Part shown: positions 55,544 through 64,000 of the stretch, one piece after another | Layout: each line of letters begins with the position of its first letter | How positions within the stretch are numbered: position 1 is the stretch's first letter | Virus record (IMG/VR): IMGVR_UViG_3300022833_000005 | Span: 43,937-107,936 of that record | DNA from: a virus | Reading direction: 5' to 3' (one strand) | Length of the DNA stretch: 64,000 nt | Program-made: the position numbers and the translations under genes | Notes under the pieces: model-generated | What the model was told of the DNA's origin: nothing | Database searches by the model: none | What the model saw: the letters and a program-made list of their open reading frames with translations, nothing else

Positions 55544-56212
55544 TTAATTATAATATTCAATTATACTATCTCTTACTAACTGTAAATTATTTGGTATTTT
55601 AGTTGTGGCAAACATTCCATCAGGACTTTTACCTGGCCTCTTTCTATATCTATTAGTAAGGAAGCTGTATGTAACACCATCTTTTTTCTCTTCTACATCA
55701 GTATAGAGACAAACAGTAAGAAGACCTTCTAATAACACTTGATTATCAATAAGTTTTCCTGCAGTTTTAATTTTGTATCCTATAATTTCCCCGCTATCTT
55801 CAATAGTTTCTGGGTGAGAAAAATAAAAGATTACTAAATCATCTCTTAATGTTCTAGCTGTTCTAAATAGATCAACCATGTCTTTAGCCATTACACTAAA
55901 TTTTGTAAAGCCAGTTTCTGTTGCTTTATCTACCATTCTAAATCCCATTAAGTAATTGCTATCTTCAATAACAATAGATTTAATGTGAGTAGCCTGTTTT
56001 GAAATAGTCTTCAATAGTTGTGTAACATCCGTTGGATCATCTACTTCTTTGTAATTCTTGTTCTCTGTGTTGTAAAGTTTACTTGATCCTTTAAAGGGTA
56101 ATTCTTTTTTAGCAACATTGATAATGTACGTTTCTTTTGGATCTAAATGTTTAATAGCAGTTGATTTACCCGTCCCAGTTTCACCAACAATTCCAATTAG
56201 TTTTGAACTCAT
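55544..56212 (-). CDS. AAA_24/Sak4-like P-loop ATPase
   Basis: GETGTGKS, IVIED, KIKTAGKL, KSP.GMF. Confidence 0.8.
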   Translation of the reverse strand: MSSKLIGIVGETGTGKSTAIKHLDPKETYIINVAKKELPFKGSSKLYNTENKNYKEVDDPTDVTQLLKTISKQATHIKSIVIEDSNYLMGFRMVDKATETGFTKFSVMAKDMVDLFRTARTLRDDLVIFYFSHPETIEDSGEIIGYKIKTAGKLIDNQVLLEGLLTVCLYTDVEEKKDGVTYSFLTNRYRKRPGKSPDGMFATTKIPNNLQLVRDSIIEYYN

Positions 56213-56244
56213 TTTTATTTATTTATTTATTAATATTAACTTTA

Positions 56245-56252
56245 CAAATATA
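56245..56252 (-). promoter_or_regulatory. -7 box (TATATTTG)
   Basis: TAnnTTTG in the intergenic gap on the minus strand. Confidence 0.55.
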
Positions 56253-56258
56253 CGACTT

Positions 56259-57338
56259 TTATACGTATTTTATTTTAGATTCATCAAAGAATTCAAGAGC
56301 TTTATTAAGCCACTTTGCTTCAACTGATTCATCTGTTGATATGATATAGATATCTGCTTTTTTGTCAGGAGTATTATATTCCATAGCCATACATCTATTT
56401 ATCTTTTGTGCTAGATTCTCTCCATTACTATCAAAGTAATTTATAATAACCTTATTTAGAGGTTTATATGTCACACCCGTATTACCAATTTTAACAACAG
56501 CCATGTGATTACCTTCTCCTTCAGCAAACTTTTGAAAAGATTCTTTATCTTTAGATTTACTATGATGGGAAGGAATACCAAGTGCATCTGCAACTTTAGT
56601 AGTACCACAAAACACTAAAACTCTTTCGTTTGAATGAGCATTCAGAATTCTTTTTGTTTCATTAAGCTTAGATAGGCTATTTTGTATAATTCTCATTCTA
56701 GCAAGTCTCATGAACATTGAATTACCACCACCATACATCATCTTATTAATGACATAAGAAATAGCTTTAAACTGTTGTTTTTCAGTCTTTTTACCTTTCT
56801 TATATTCTTGCAATGTTATGTTATCTAATGGCACCCGAATAACAGTTATCTTATAATCAACAATAACTCCTTCTTCAATTGCTTTTTTTATTGGATATTC
56901 AGCAACAACTTCTAAACCAAGGTCCTCACTAAGTGTTTTCTTAGTCCAATTAGACAATGTACCAGTTAAACCTAGTATAGTGTCATTTTGTGAAAATAAG
57001 TCCACACAAGAGCCTATTTGAGCTTCTGATAATAAATGTATTTCATCTATTATTACAATATCAAATTCTATGTTAGTAAATTTCTTAATAGAGAGATGAG
57101 TTGTATATGAAATATTATCATTTACATAACCCATTTCACTGAAATCTTCTTCCCAAGCCTCTTTAATATTCTTATCTGGATATGCAATTAATATATTGCA
57201 ATTAGGTTTCATTTGATTTAGTATGTTGATAGCTGTTCTTATCTTTCCAAACCTAGGACATAGATTAAGAATTCCATACTTTCCATGATTAATCCAAGTT
57301 TCTGCAAACTCAGCTTGTCTTTTATCTCTTAATGTCAT
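56259..57338 (-). CDS. Superfamily 2 helicase
   Basis: PRFGK, DEIH, LTGT, QKINR motifs. Confidence 0.85.
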   Translation of the reverse strand: MTLRDKRQAEFAETWINHGKYGILNLCPRFGKIRTAINILNQMKPNCNILIAYPDKNIKEAWEEDFSEMGYVNDNISYTTHLSIKKFTNIEFDIVIIDEIHLLSEAQIGSCVDLFSQNDTILGLTGTLSNWTKKTLSEDLGLEVVAEYPIKKAIEEGVIVDYKITVIRVPLDNITLQEYKKGKKTEKQQFKAISYVINKMMYGGGNSMFMRLARMRIIQNSLSKLNETKRILNAHSNERVLVFCGTTKVADALGIPSHHSKSKDKESFQKFAEGEGNHMAVVKIGNTGVTYKPLNKVIINYFDSNGENLAQKINRCMAMEYNTPDKKADIYIISTDESVEAKWLNKALEFFDESKIKYV

Positions 57339-57342
57339 ACGT

Positions 57343-58407
57343 TTATGTTATAAAAAATGATTTATTTACTACTGCATCATATTCACCATCAGTTATGTCT
57401 CTCTTTCTAGGAAGTTCTTTAAACATTCCTATTTGTCCTAAGAAAGCAAGACCCACTCTAATGTCATCTTCACCATAACTATTTTTAATTACTCTAAGGC
57501 TTCTAAAATATTTACCACCATAATCATCTTTTAGTCTAGTTAAATCATAACCTGAAGGATCTGCTACATTATATCTTATAGGATCAAATAAGGCCATAAC
57601 TACATCACTATCATTCTGAGTGGATGAACTATCTGCAAAATCTTCTAGTTGAGGTTCTACATCTCCATTCTTTATCCTTGTAGGATTAGAAATAGATCTA
57701 TTGAACTGACTTACCACTACAGGAGAATATCCATAGAAATCTCTAGCATAACGTAATTCATCACTCATCTTATCAATTGTTTGCTTTTTAGTAGGTTGGT
57801 CTTTAGTTGTTTTCAATAACCCAATGTGATCTAATACAACTAATGTGATCTCACATGGATCGTTTGGTATATATATCTTGTTGTATTTATCTTGTTGAAT
57901 TATCTCTCCACGTTCTAAAGCATAAGTTTTTAACTCTTTAGCAATACCTACTGGATTTTCTGGACCATCAATGATTATCACCATCTCTTCTAGCTTATTC
58001 ATATAATCTTTGTAACTAAGAAATAGTTCATATTCTTCTTCATTCATCTTATCAGTCCAACCTAATAATTTATTAACAGGGATGATAATACCATGATCTA
58101 AGAATATTTTTCTAGAAGTCCATTTAGCAAGTTTATAAGTTCTACTACGTTCCATAGATCTATACCACACTTTCACTTTAATACCTGATGCTATACCTTC
58201 AGGTGATAAAGCCCAATCAACAGGATTAAGAACAAATGCATCATCTATAAAACTAGTCTTACCAGAACCTGTTAGACCACCCACAAGATAATACATAGAC
58301 TTTCTAATACCTACATAACGGTTTAGTCTATTAAATCCCATAGGTATTCCACCATTCTTTCCTGATAATCCTTTATCCACTTCATCTTTTAATAACTGAA
58401 AACTCAT
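57343..58407 (-). CDS. dnaB: DnaB-like replicative helicase
   Basis: GLTGSGKT, SME, LDHIGL, SQFNR, KNSYG. Confidence 0.85.
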   Translation of the reverse strand: MSFQLLKDEVDKGLSGKNGGIPMGFNRLNRYVGIRKSMYYLVGGLTGSGKTSFIDDAFVLNPVDWALSPEGIASGIKVKVWYRSMERSRTYKLAKWTSRKIFLDHGIIIPVNKLLGWTDKMNEEEYELFLSYKDYMNKLEEMVIIIDGPENPVGIAKELKTYALERGEIIQQDKYNKIYIPNDPCEITLVVLDHIGLLKTTKDQPTKKQTIDKMSDELRYARDFYGYSPVVVSQFNRSISNPTRIKNGDVEPQLEDFADSSSTQNDSDVVMALFDPIRYNVADPSGYDLTRLKDDYGGKYFRSLRVIKNSYGEDDIRVGLAFLGQIGMFKELPRKRDITDGEYDAVVNKSFFIT

Positions 58408-58529
58408 TAATAAGTACGGTTATTAAAATTATCTTTATCATCTGGCCATATCTTTGTACCAAAGAATATAAATATTCTTGCTACTAATATCCAAAGTGCA
58501 ATTTTAGCAATCCAATATAAAACTATCAT
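58407..58529 (-). CDS. Small membrane protein (not in ORF track)
   Basis: MIVLYWIAKIALWILVARIFIFFG...; stop overlaps the helicase start. Confidence 0.55.
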   Translation of the reverse strand: MIVLYWIAKIALWILVARIFIFFGTKIWPDDKDNFNNRTY

Positions 58530-58699
58530 AATTTCTCGTTTTTAGTTATTTGTAATTCTTTTAATTCTCGTAATTCTTGTAATTCTTGTAATTCTCGTAA
58601 TCTATCAAATGAATTATTCATGCGATCATTATCTGCATAATATTCATTTTTAATTTTCTTCATCCACTCATTGAATCCTTCTTCTTTAGTTTGTATCAT
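58526..58699 (-). CDS. Small protein with an (R/Q/K)EL tandem repeat (not in ORF track)
   Basis: MIQTKEEGFNEWM...LRELQELQELRELKELQ; 9-bp repeats at ~58551-58603. Confidence 0.55.
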   Translation of the reverse strand: MIQTKEEGFNEWMKKIKNEYYADNDRMNNSFDRLRELQELQELRELKELQITKNEKL

Positions 58700-58841
58700 G
58701 ATTTTTTTCTTTTTTTAATAAAGCTATTTCACGTGCAATTGTTCTTACAGATATACCTAATGCTTTTGCTGCATCTAGTTTCTTTGGGAACTTGTGTAAT
58801 GCTTTCCTTATTAATCGATTTCTTTCTAATGCTATAGTCAT
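58686..58841 (-). CDS. Fis-type helix-turn-helix protein (not in ORF track)
   Basis: LIRKAL...DAAKALGISVRTIAR. Confidence 0.65.
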   Translation of the reverse strand: MTIALERNRLIRKALHKFPKKLDAAKALGISVRTIAREIALLKKEKNHDTN

Positions 58842-58842
58842 A

Positions 58843-59100
58843 TTAAAGGCTTTTATTATTGGTCAGTTTGTATTTACGAATTAAGTCCTTTAAACTAATA
58901 GTTTCGCCTGTATAGTTTTGAGTTAATGTTATTCCGTGTTTACAAAAGTTTGTCATAAAATCTTCAAAAGGTACTATTTCTTTTATAGAAAATGCTTCTT
59001 TTGTAGCTTTTATAGTATCATTTAACAATATATTAGACTTACCTAAACCCTCCCAACCATATTTATTTTCTAGTATTTCTAAAACTTTCTTCTTATTCAT
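58843..59100 (-). CDS. Hypothetical protein
   Basis: Start moved to MNKKKV at 59100. Confidence 0.55.
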   Translation of the reverse strand: MNKKKVLEILENKYGWEGLGKSNILLNDTIKATKEAFSIKEIVPFEDFMTNFCKHGITLTQNYTGETISLKDLIRKYKLTNNKSL

Positions 59101-59215
59101 TTTGTATGTTATTTCAATCAAATTATACATTATTGATTATAATATCAATCAATGTATGACAAACGATGCATTAACCTTGTTTTTAAGTGTTAATGTATGA
59201 TTTATACTACATTAA

Positions 59216-59842
59216 TTATATATCTGTTGAACCTCGTGACACTTTTCCTTTTTTAGGTTTATCTTTATCTTGTTCCATTAATTCTATAAACCCTTCAAAG
59301 GTTCTCTGGTTTAGATAAGTAATAGATCCCTGCATAAAACTTAAACAATTCTTTCTCTCGTGATAAGACTTTTCTATTTTTTGTACCACTTCATAAGTAA
59401 GAGCTTCTATAAGTTGTTTTGCTGTGTAATCACCTTCATCAAGAATTGCTTTAAATTTCCTTTTACATTCATCTTTTCCTCTGCGTAAGGATCTAGTACC
59501 TTTAAATACTACACCTTCCACTTCAAATGAATCTGTTCCAGGATATTCTTTCCACCATTCTTCAAAATCAGTTGATGTTGGTTTACGTTTTATTATTTTA
59601 ATTTCCTTCTCATCATTAATAAACTTTAACAAGTCTTTACCTGGTATTGTAAGTCTATCTTCACTAGTTATAAGTCCTTTCCTTATCAAAGTTTGATAGA
59701 GGGCAGAGATTTTCATACTATTCTCATACATAGGAGTAATATCATGCTCTTCCTCTATCAACTTTAATAAATAAATTATGTCTAGATTATAACTTTTTTT
59801 GATGAGTTCCTCGAATACTGCGGGTGATATATGCATTCTCAT
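59216..59842 (-). CDS. Putative replication initiator/helicase-loader-like protein
   Basis: wHTH-like N-terminus; FEEWWKEYP and TYLNQRTFE motifs. Confidence 0.55.
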   Translation of the reverse strand: MRMHISPAVFEELIKKSYNLDIIYLLKLIEEEHDITPMYENSMKISALYQTLIRKGLITSEDRLTIPGKDLLKFINDEKEIKIIKRKPTSTDFEEWWKEYPGTDSFEVEGVVFKGTRSLRRGKDECKRKFKAILDEGDYTAKQLIEALTYEVVQKIEKSYHERKNCLSFMQGSITYLNQRTFEGFIELMEQDKDKPKKGKVSRGSTDI

Positions 59843-60002
59843 CTTTTACTGGTGTTTGAACTATTATTGTTGCAGGTTTTTTGTTGTGTGTATGTTCCCA
59901 TTCTTGCCATTCTAGATTCATTATATAATCTCGTTCACCAGAATACATTTCATCAGTAGCATAAGCTGCATGCTCCCAATCTTCGTTGATTAACTTAGAC
60001 AT
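59787..60002 (-). CDS. Hypothetical protein
   Basis: 71-aa ORF in block orientation. Confidence 0.55.
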   Translation of the reverse strand: MSKLINEDWEHAAYATDEMYSGERDYIMNLEWQEWEHTHNKKPATIIVQTPVKDENAYITRSIRGTHQKKL

Positions 60003-60222
60003 TTTTAGCTTTGTTTTTACTTCCTACTGGTCTACCTTTCTTCTTTTTTAATACAGGTTTGTTTTTAGATCCTTTAGGTCTACCTCTTTTCTTTTTTAGT
60101 TTAGGTTTAGTAAGCTCTGGCCAAATTTCTTCTTCAGTTTTAGCTGAATTTAATAAATACACTGTAAAAGATACTAGTAAAATAGCAATTCCTGCTATGA
60201 TGAATACTGTTGTTGAGTTCAT
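59995..60222 (-). CDS. Membrane-anchored protein with two AT-hook-like motifs
   Basis: N-terminal TM helix; KRGRPKGSKNK and KKGRPVGSKNK. Confidence 0.7.
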   Translation of the reverse strand: MNSTTVFIIAGIAILLVSFTVYLLNSAKTEEEIWPELTKPKLKKKRGRPKGSKNKPVLKKKKGRPVGSKNKAKNV

Positions 60223-60255
60223 AATTTCTGTTTTTATTTATTTATTAATTATTAA

Positions 60256-60519
60256 TTATTCTTTTATTCTTAATCCATATTGCAAATTAAACCAATCAAA
60301 TGTTTGTTTTGCTTTATTTGTATTAAATTTAAACACTTTCTTCAATGTTTTAAGAGCATACTTTCTAAATTCAGAATGTTGCTCTTGTGTCATTGTCCAA
60401 TTGAAATACCATTTATCATCATCTAATGTTTCTACTAAACGCTTTCCTACCATATCTAATTGATATTCAATTAAATGACGAGTTATACTACTTCTATTAA
60501 TTGCTGCTTTTTTCTTCAT
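60256..60519 (-). CDS. Hypothetical protein
   Basis: 87-aa ORF. Confidence 0.7.
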   Translation of the reverse strand: MKKKAAINRSSITRHLIEYQLDMVGKRLVETLDDDKWYFNWTMTQEQHSEFRKYALKTLKKVFKFNTNKAKQTFDWFNLQYGLRIKE

Positions 60520-60522
60520 TTA

Positions 60523-62484
60523 TTAAAATAAGTTTAGTTGATTAGGTATAACGGTATTTCTTCTACTCTTACCCTTAGTTAAGATTTTAACAATTGTATT
60601 CTCTGCTTTACTAATGTAATATGCATAGTTTACATTTTCCACTGGAGAGTTTTTAGGTAAATGATTACACACATGGCATAACCAAGTTCCTGCTTCCACT
60701 TGACTTCTCTTAGCAGCTTTACTGTGACATTCTTCAGTTTTAATCTTATAAACTTTTTCACCAGCAATAGATACAAAATATCTAATCAACTTGTTGTACT
60801 CAGTTATAACATTAGTAACTGGATCTACGCCCTCATAACGAAAATCTCTAGATGCTTTCTTTCTAATGCAGAAATCAAACAAATTCTTGTGATTCTCAAT
60901 TGTTTCCTTAACAGGTATACCATGAACATAATAGGCCTCAAGAGCAATTGGAACAATTCTAGCTGATTTATTTTTATGTAATTCAAAATCAGTTAAAAAA
61001 TCTCCTTTCTTCTTGATGTAACCATCAGGCATGATAGCTAAATAATCATTAACACTAGAAAATATAATCTTTGTATAGTCTGTTCTTTCCAGTATATACT
61101 GTGTCAGCTCAGACCACTGCTCATTTATTTCATGCATCTTAGGAATTAAGTCTTTTCTCACTTTAATCGTTACACCGTCTGTGTTTGCAGAGATCACATT
61201 AATACCACTCAATTCATATTTTTCAATAAGCATCATTAAACTAAGCTCACCAGTTATTGTGGTGAACATAGTTAATTGCCTATCATATATCCATGAGTTC
61301 ATATCAGATGACTTACCATACACAGAGTTAACTGCAAGCTTAAGTGCTCCTACAATTCCACTGATTCTTTTGTCCCCTTTAGCAAGAGATTTAAGCTCAA
61401 GTCTTTTATCAAACATTTGCTTATACCCTCTTAGAAACTCTTTCCCTAAATGAGCAGGAAATCTTCCACTGTTAATGATAATAGCAGGGTAATAACTTGC
61501 TACATCCCAATCAATAATTTCATATTCATCATCTTCTTCAAATATTTCTGGTGAGTTCTCAGTATGTAAACCACCTTTCATGAATGAATAAACATTATTA
61601 TGAAAATGAATATGTTCTTTGAAATCATCATGTAACCCAAGCTTTAAAGCTTTGATCTTTTTAAGAAAGTCTTTTAGCTGGTCAGTTTCAAACTTTACAT
61701 AACTAGCAATACATTTCTTAACATCTATCGTTTTCCTAAAGAAACCTTTTCTTGGGAGCTCTCTAATGCTAATACCTTTCTCTTCACAATAATATTTCTT
61801 GATTATTTCATCACCTATTTTACTATCTGAATAGTTAAGACACTCAATACCAAACTCTTCTTGAATATCACTCCTCAATTGAATTTGATTGTTGCCTCTA
61901 TATAGAGGATGTAATGTATCACCCAAAGTAATCTTATAGAATTCATATGTAGCATCTACATCATTAAAACAGTATTGTAATGATAAAAATACTTCGTCCT
62001 TAGTCATATTTGTTTTAGTGTGATGTATAGGCATTTCCTCTATATCTTCTAAATCCATTTCAAACTCTAATCTCTTCAGGCTAACCCTTCTGTTCTTATT
62101 ATCATAGTGATGAATCTTAAACAAATCTATCTGTTTAAAAGATAATTCATATTCTCTATATTCTGGAAAGATGTCAAAATTAGCATCATGTATTACATCA
62201 CTAGCTTTCTGAGCTATTTTTGCACAAATCTCTAGTCCTGAAATAGCATGCCACTCATCATGATTTCTTATAATCCACTCAACTACTTGTGCATCAAATC
62301 TTAGATTATTATATCCTACCCAATAGCTATCAGGATTTACTTCTATGTATTTAAGAAAAGCATCCAATTGATTCTGCCACTTACTAACAATAAAACTCTT
62401 AGGAGTCTTATCAGGCTTCATACAAACAACTATAAAGCATTCCTGCATAGTTTCTATATCATATATAATTACATCTTCAGTCAT
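60523..62484 (-). CDS. polB: DNA polymerase family B
   Basis: Exo YDIET, GYNN..FD, YC.ND; Pol DVASYYP, KLAVNSVYG, NTDG. Confidence 0.93.
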   Translation of the reverse strand: MTEDVIIYDIETMQECFIVVCMKPDKTPKSFIVSKWQNQLDAFLKYIEVNPDSYWVGYNNLRFDAQVVEWIIRNHDEWHAISGLEICAKIAQKASDVIHDANFDIFPEYREYELSFKQIDLFKIHHYDNKNRRVSLKRLEFEMDLEDIEEMPIHHTKTNMTKDEVFLSLQYCFNDVDATYEFYKITLGDTLHPLYRGNNQIQLRSDIQEEFGIECLNYSDSKIGDEIIKKYYCEEKGISIRELPRKGFFRKTIDVKKCIASYVKFETDQLKDFLKKIKALKLGLHDDFKEHIHFHNNVYSFMKGGLHTENSPEIFEEDDEYEIIDWDVASYYPAIIINSGRFPAHLGKEFLRGYKQMFDKRLELKSLAKGDKRISGIVGALKLAVNSVYGKSSDMNSWIYDRQLTMFTTITGELSLMMLIEKYELSGINVISANTDGVTIKVRKDLIPKMHEINEQWSELTQYILERTDYTKIIFSSVNDYLAIMPDGYIKKKGDFLTDFELHKNKSARIVPIALEAYYVHGIPVKETIENHKNLFDFCIRKKASRDFRYEGVDPVTNVITEYNKLIRYFVSIAGEKVYKIKTEECHSKAAKRSQVEAGTWLCHVCNHLPKNSPVENVNYAYYISKAENTIVKILTKGKSRRNTVIPNQLNLF

Positions 62485-62680
62485 CTTTTTTAGTTTTTAT
62501 GTGTTCTTTCCAATCATAATACAATGCTATCAATACTATAAAATTCATTCCAAATGAAGCAATGATTTCATGAATATCTTTATATATATTAATGGATAGG
62601 TGTACATGTCCTACCATCCAAAAAGGAATAGCAAGATTGGAACCTATCCATCTAATTAAAAAGATTATAAACTTGGTCAT
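62477..62680 (-). CDS. Small membrane protein
   Basis: Two hydrophobic segments. Confidence 0.6.
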   Translation of the reverse strand: MTKFIIFLIRWIGSNLAIPFWMVGHVHLSINIYKDIHEIIASFGMNFIVLIALYYDWKEHIKTKKDD

Positions 62681-62721
62681 GGGAGATTGTAAAATTAACG
62701 AATTAAGTTAACATTTCCAAA

Positions 62722-63288
62722 TTAATATATCTGGAAACCTCCACATTCTTTTAAGAAATCTATAAAGTTATTAATTAACCACAGTGGTGCTGAATGCATT
62801 GGATAAACTAATTTTCCATCATCAATAACTATCTTTGTAAACATTACAGTTCCTATTGGATATTCAAGATTTAATTTCTGTTGCAATTCATCATTCATTA
62901 TAGTATCTCCTACAATACGCCAACCACCACAGTTAACATAAACAATATCATCATCCTCTATTAGATTCTCTTCTTGCCCTATTATATAATCTAATGCACT
63001 AGCTAATAAGTCACAATCAAATTGATTTTTAAGACCTCCACCATCATTATGATGCCAAGAGTCTGTATTAAATGTAAGACCTGCGTTTTCTATAGCTGTA
63101 TTACATAAGATTATTATCGGTCTCCACCCCCACCAATTACAGCCAAAGTAATATCCTGGGTTTTCTGCCTCCCAAGCATCTGAAATAAGAAAATATTCTT
63201 GTCTTTCAGTATCATTCATTACTGCCCAATCACCTTCTGGTATAGGACTCTTCATTTTAGGATGTATTCCTGATATATCTACTCCCAT
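62722..63288 (-). CDS. Hypothetical protein
   Basis: MGVDI...NWWGWRP...FL..CGGF motif family. Confidence 0.75.
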   Translation of the reverse strand: MGVDISGIHPKMKSPIPEGDWAVMNDTERQEYFLISDAWEAENPGYYFGCNWWGWRPIIILCNTAIENAGLTFNTDSWHHNDGGGLKNQFDCDLLASALDYIIGQEENLIEDDDIVYVNCGGWRIVGDTIMNDELQQKLNLEYPIGTVMFTKIVIDDGKLVYPMHSAPLWLINNFIDFLKECGGFQIY

Positions 63289-63310
63289 TTTTATTTGTTT
63301 TAATATTAAT

Positions 63311-63940
63311 TTAATTTAGATTTTTTATAAACTCTAGTGCTTCTTCTTCAGTGTTGAAATGTTCATATAGATCAAGATTTAGATTTTCTGGTATATTATA
63401 AGGCCCTATAACTTCCCACAAGTTTGGTTGTTCATAAATACTTATTGTATTATCTAACATCACTTTAACATAATATTCTGGTAATACAATATCTTTATCA
63501 TCTTGTAAGAATCTAAACATTGCCCAATCTTCACCTGACTCATTATGTTTTGATGTTACAGGTTCTATTTGTCCTTTTTCAAGTTGTTCTCCATCAACAA
63601 ACATTTCAAGTATACCATCAAACTCTCTCATTATGAAATTGAATTCTTCTAAATCCAAAGGTATTAACTTTGTAGAAGTTCCTCCTGGATCAAACCAACC
63701 TATTTCTTCTGGTGTAATTAGTATCTTACCATCCTCATCTATAATGAAAGGTCTAACTGGATATCCATGATTATCAATAAGATCATTTTGGTCTATAAAT
63801 GTCAATTGATTTTTATCTAATCTAAAGAGTTCAATCAATTCTTTTTCAGTGCCCATATTTAAATGGTTCATAAACATCATACCCACTTGTAATTCTTCAG
63901 GTGCATAATGATGATATGCTAATTGTACAGCTATCCACAT
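63311..63940 (-). CDS. Hypothetical protein
   Basis: 209-aa ORF. Confidence 0.7.
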   Translation of the reverse strand: MWIAVQLAYHHYAPEELQVGMMFMNHLNMGTEKELIELFRLDKNQLTFIDQNDLIDNHGYPVRPFIIDEDGKILITPEEIGWFDPGGTSTKLIPLDLEEFNFIMREFDGILEMFVDGEQLEKGQIEPVTSKHNESGEDWAMFRFLQDDKDIVLPEYYVKVMLDNTISIYEQPNLWEVIGPYNIPENLNLDLYEHFNTEEEALEFIKNLN

Positions 63941-64000
63941 TAGTCTTGTGTATCTACTATTATATTACCATTACGATAATGTTTCACTATACTTCCAGTT

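Larger units (their letters stand above)
1..64000. mobile_element. Segment of a crAss-like (Crassvirales-type) lytic bacteriophage genome, probable Bacteroidota/Flavobacteriia host
   Basis: Giant RNAP-containing protein with a DFDID motif; PolB, primase, DnaB, rIIA/B, amidase/holin; dense phage-style small ORFs; two opposed gene blocks; TAnnTTTG promoters and A-rich leaders without Shine-Dalgarno motifs. Confidence 0.9.

Noticed and set aside
36160-62484. Inteins or introns in recA, nrdA, helicases or polB
   Set aside because: Proteins are of normal or compact length with contiguous motifs
1-64000. Stop-codon reassignment as in some crAss-like phages
   Set aside because: Very long ORFs are intact in the standard code, and TAG and TGA end genes at sensible positions
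1-64000. Prophage within a bacterial chromosome
   Set aside because: No integrase, att site or run of host housekeeping genes; recA, nrdAB and trxA sit among phage genes

Overview
The window is about 64 kb of an AT-rich, CpG-poor lytic phage genome of crAss-like type (Crassvirales or a relative), almost certainly infecting Bacteroidota/Flavobacteriia. Evidence: a giant virion-type RNA polymerase with a DFDID motif, PolB/primase/DnaB replication genes, a Flavobacterium-type class Id-like ribonucleotide reductase, and TAnnTTTG promoters. Genes from 1 to about 33.5 kb are mostly on the + strand (late/virion side): two giant ejection proteins, a (Gly-Thr-Ser)n fibre protein, a sulfation cassette, lysis genes and small basic proteins. 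Genes from 33.5 to 64 kb are on the - strand (replication, recombination, nucleotide metabolism, rIIA/rIIB, many small ORFs). The standard genetic code fits. No capsid, portal, terminase, integrase, tRNA or CRISPR array was recognised. The most notable feature is a putative virion protein glyco-decoration system. It comprises a candidate protein O-glycosyltransferase with motifs resembling plant GT95/GT96 enzymes, flanked by two unannotated mini-ORFs ending in poly-Thr tails; a methyltransferase-GT-A-GT4-TibC/Aah-like heptosyltransferase fusion; two GT2-like enzymes; a sulfotransferase/APS kinase/nucleotidyltransferase/DUF2061 cassette; and a Ser/Thr-saturated BclA-like fibre. A duplicated structured non-coding motif with terminator/antiterminator geometry and a candidate sRNA upstream of recA were also found. 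All family assignments come from motif recognition by eye; no database searches were run.
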